Shown: in pieces, positions 25,839-28,719 of the stretch | Numbering within the stretch: the stretch's first letter is position 1 | Layout of the letters: each line of letters starts with the position of its first letter | The notes under the pieces: model-generated | The model's database searches: none | What the model was told of the DNA's origin: nothing | What the model saw: the letters and a program-made list of their open reading frames with translations, nothing else | Origin: a virus | Taxonomy: Duplodnaviria > Caudoviricetes | Strand: one strand, 5' to 3' | IMG/VR virus record: IMGVR_UViG_3300031802_000010 | Coordinates: 1-28,719 of that record | Length of the DNA: 28,719 bases | Made by a program: the position numbers and the translations under genes

Positions 25839-27172
25839 TACTTTTCGGCCTCTCCACTCTCTCTAGAAGCTTGACGTGGACCTGCTCCGCTTAAACCAGG
25901 CGCGTTAATTCTTTTAAGCCTACTAGCTTCTGGATCAGAATGTGGAGGCAAGTTATACTTCTTACGACCTTCATTTGGTTCAATCATACCAACTTCAATT
26001 TGCCGAGTAACTTCAGCTAATTTCGCTTCTTTATCTTCCGGTACAGGATCATCGTATCCAAAAAATAATCTACCTGATTCATCGTAAAACGGAATTAGTC
26101 GTTTATTTAATGTTTCAGCGTAAATCCCTAACCTAGGTTTAATTCCAAAAATAGCATGGAGGGTTAAAGCACCAAAAATTGTCTCTCTACTAATATTCCT
26201 ATTATCAAGGAATGCTACTGGAACAGAATAAGCATTACAGATTTCTATTTTAGCCTGCTCGTTTATATCTAACCTAGCAATATCCCTAGGAGGATAATTC
26301 ATCGGTTTAATATCTGCTGGCTCATCTGCTACATGCCAACCACCGCTTCTACCTTGGCTATACTTTTGATTCAAACGTTTTTCTAAACCAGTAGCTTCAG
26401 CTGCCCCAATTCCTTCTTTAGGAGAATACAAAATATCTGGTCTACCATCATTATCTAATAAATGACTGGTCATAGAAGCTAGCTTATTAGAAAGCAAACT
26501 TGCTTCGTATGACCCTTCCGCAGAACCAATTCCCTCTAAATAAGGATTCTTAACTCCTAATGGAATAAATTGAATAATCTCTTCTGGAGAATAGCGTTTA
26601 ACCTTATCCCCATTTACATACTCATAATAATCTACTATCTTATCAGACCCAGATTCTCTTTTAGGCAATACATGCTGACTAGGAAGAATCCAAATATTCT
26701 TAGGTCTATTTAAGAATTTATCAATATCTACCCACCAATAAGCTGCACTAGCAATATCAAAATACAGAAACGTCAAAGCTTTTAAAGTGTAGCTATTCAA
26801 AAATGGCTGATCATTAACTTCTTTAAGTAAAACTAAAACTGGATGCTCAATAACTTCCTCAATAACCTCACTATCCTTAATCTCAAATTCTTGACGCAGA
26901 AAGTCCTGTTTATTATCTCCTACCTTAGCTGTATTAAGAACTGTCTTTTTGTCAGACGATCTTGTCTTTACAAACAATTTTAACTCATGGCCCGCACACC
27001 CATTCGCATTAATATTTGCACAGGCAAAATTAATCCGTTTATAAGCATTGAGTAAATCAGAAATATTAGGGTATTGCTGAGTTTTATAATGATCCGCGTA
27101 AGTCTGGTCGTATTGCCCGTCCCCTGTAAAAGGATCAGATAATTCACCAATTTTTTTAAATGTAGATTCCAC
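25838..27172 (-). CDS. portal protein (HK97 family)
   Basis: EHP...L...N, IWILPS, EEII, P...GIG, ICNAYSVP, PNEGR...LPP; GTG start. Confidence 0.92.
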   Translation of the reverse strand: MESTFKKIGELSDPFTGDGQYDQTYADHYKTQQYPNISDLLNAYKRINFACANINANGCAGHELKLFVKTRSSDKKTVLNTAKVGDNKQDFLRQEFEIKDSEVIEEVIEHPVLVLLKEVNDQPFLNSYTLKALTFLYFDIASAAYWWVDIDKFLNRPKNIWILPSQHVLPKRESGSDKIVDYYEYVNGDKVKRYSPEEIIQFIPLGVKNPYLEGIGSAEGSYEASLLSNKLASMTSHLLDNDGRPDILYSPKEGIGAAEATGLEKRLNQKYSQGRSGGWHVADEPADIKPMNYPPRDIARLDINEQAKIEICNAYSVPVAFLDNRNISRETIFGALTLHAIFGIKPRLGIYAETLNKRLIPFYDESGRLFFGYDDPVPEDKEAKLAEVTRQIEVGMIEPNEGRKKYNLPPHSDPEASRLKRINAPGLSGAGPRQASRESGEAEK

Positions 27173-27358
27173 TTAAAATACGTCCCATAAATAGGGATTA
27201 TCTAATGAAAGCCATTGATCTTGCCCTACTTGCAAAAGAATATCTTTCATATTAATCCCCTCTTCTTCTCGATCAAACTTAATCCGTTCTACCTTTTTCC
27301 TATTAGCTTTTACTGGAAAATACTCTCCACCAGCATGTTCAAACTCTGCTGTATCCAT
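27173..27358 (-). CDS. small hypothetical protein
   Basis: 61-aa ORF abutting the portal start. Confidence 0.6.
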   Translation of the reverse strand: MDTAEFEHAGGEYFPVKANRKKVERIKFDREEEGINMKDILLQVGQDQWLSLDNPYLWDVF

Positions 27359-27373
27359 AAATAAACTTTTCCA

Positions 27374-27670
27374 TTAAATAAACATCTTTATTAGGCCAGC
27401 AATAAACTTTAAAATTTCAGGAAGAGCTTTAATAATCCGTTCAAAAAAATCTGCCCAAGGAGTATTTTCGTCATCACTCTTTGGGATAAGCATATTAAAA
27501 GTTTCGTCAACAACAACAGCAAACAAAGTATTGTCGTCTAAAACTTCTGAAATTTCATTTGCTTCTTTAATTTTTCCATCGCTTTTAAGCTTTCTTTCTT
27601 GTCTAGAAAGAACAACTCTCAAAGCCTTCCCTCTTCTCTCTTCAATTCTTCTATCTCGTCTTCTTCCCAT
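27374..27670 (-). CDS. hypothetical protein with Arg-rich N-terminus and amphipathic C-terminal helix
   Basis: ATG at 27670 follows AAGGAG; in frame with track ORF 27374..27700. Confidence 0.75.
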   Translation of the reverse strand: MGRRRDRRIEERRGKALRVVLSRQERKLKSDGKIKEANEISEVLDDNTLFAVVVDETFNMLIPKSDDENTPWADFFERIIKALPEILKFIAGLIKMFI

Positions 27671-27680
27671 TTTAAACTCC

Positions 27681-28718
27681 TTAAGCTGCCCGTTTACCAT
27701 CTATACCGAAAATCATATAACGCAAAGCATCCATTGCATGATTAAAATTATCAATAGGCTTATCTCCTCCAGATGCTTCTTCATCTTCTGGAAAAGAATA
27801 AAGTTGAGCTTCTGCTAGTATAGCTGGGCAAGAATTCTCAACGATCTTTAATCTTCCAGTAAGCATTCTAGCATTAACAGCTTCTATTCCTGGAAGAATA
27901 GCTTTTATAGCCGGTAAACAAGTATGCCCACCTTTTCTTAATTTCCTAACTAATTCTGGCTGATGTTCACAATACCAACGAATACCTTTATTAGTAAACT
28001 TTGGTAAAGCTTCTGCATGGTCCTCTATCATTGTTTTTGTTAAATACCGTTCCCACCAAACCCACAAAATATCTGCACTATCAAGATAACCGCATAGAGC
28101 ACAAAAAGGATCGTTCCAGCCAAAGTCAATTCCACCATAAAATTTTCCATCATCTTCTGAAAGTAAATCCTCTATTTCATCTTTTGTTAATTTAACTGTG
28201 CAATCATCTATCGTAGGATAAACTGCTCCAGCCATAACAGAAAATTGGCCATCATACCTCATTGCCCCTAAAGCACGGTTCATTGTCCGTTTTGCTCTAT
28301 CGTACTCCCGCTGAGAATAAATCGGATTTTCAACTGAGCTCCATTGCTGGACATAATAATCAGGATCACCTAAAGTAAACTGTTTATAAAAATCAGTAAA
28401 TAACCAGTTTTTAATGTAAGGAGTAGTAGTAAGTAAACACGGAGATTCTTTAGCTCCTAGACGACCTTGTATAGCTGACCAAACCATTTTCTTAAACTGA
28501 CCAGCTTCATCACCCCAACAAAAATCGAATTGCCCACCTTCTAGCCCTCCAGGATTATCAGCTCCTTGGCACCAAATCTTTCCCCCTTCGCACCCATTAT
28601 GTGGAGGCAGTTCATAAAACGATCTAGATTCTAAATACCTACCTTCTAAATTAGTCCCTTTAAACGTGTCAACGAGCATTGGCACAGTTGCTCTAGCTAA
28701 CACTTTATATGTAGGAGC
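27681..28718 (-). CDS. terL: terminase large subunit, 5'-partial
   Basis: Frame open to the window edge (APTYKVL...); Walker B FCWGDEAG, TTTP, nuclease GGIDFG and NHAMDALRY. Confidence 0.95.
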   Translation of the reverse strand, partial: APTYKVLARATVPMLVDTFKGTNLEGRYLESRSFYELPPHNGCEGGKIWCQGADNPGGLEGGQFDFCWGDEAGQFKKMVWSAIQGRLGAKESPCLLTTTPYIKNWLFTDFYKQFTLGDPDYYVQQWSSVENPIYSQREYDRAKRTMNRALGAMRYDGQFSVMAGAVYPTIDDCTVKLTKDEIEDLLSEDDGKFYGGIDFGWNDPFCALCGYLDSADILWVWWERYLTKTMIEDHAEALPKFTNKGIRWYCEHQPELVRKLRKGGHTCLPAIKAILPGIEAVNARMLTGRLKIVENSCPAILAEAQLYSFPEDEEASGGDKPIDNFNHAMDALRYMIFGIDGKRAA

Positions 28719-28719
28719 A

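Noticed and set aside
1118-28195. Antisense and nested ORFs in the track (e.g. 1118..1387, 2753..3130, 16627..17160, 24100..24450, 27531..27818)
   Set aside because: They overlap well-supported genes and show no motifs; treated as shadow ORFs.
1-28719. Stop-codon recoding, introns or inteins
   Set aside because: Genes tile densely in the standard code; PolA, primase, portal and capsid have normal lengths with no insertion signatures.

Overview
An AT-rich fragment of a tailed dsDNA phage genome, probably a siphovirus (HK97-type head, tape measure, tail tube, no sheath gene), with two convergent modules. The + strand (1-11034) carries replication and recombination genes: SNF2-like helicase, RuvC-like resolvase, PD-(D/E)XK exonuclease, Sak4-like ATPase, SSB-like protein with extra domains, family A DNA polymerase, and a Zn-finger/TOPRIM/AAA+ primase-helicase. 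The - strand (28719-11200) carries virion genes: partial TerL, portal, HK97 gp10-like protein, prohead protease, major capsid, head-tail proteins, tail tube, a tail chaperone with a -1 frameshift, tape measure, and tail-tip proteins. No integrase, lysis gene, tRNA or CRISPR array was recognised. The most unusual signal is a ~130-nt structured leader (759-890) behind a near-consensus sigma70 promoter. It has a terminator-like hairpin whose loop (GUGGCAUGA) is complementary to its own uORF start and to three other sense-strand sites. Also notable are a GC-rich structured island between the modules, substitutions in the PolA active site, a 100-nt duplication inside the tape measure gene, and a doubled tail-terminator domain. 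All family calls come from reading motifs by eye; no searches were run.
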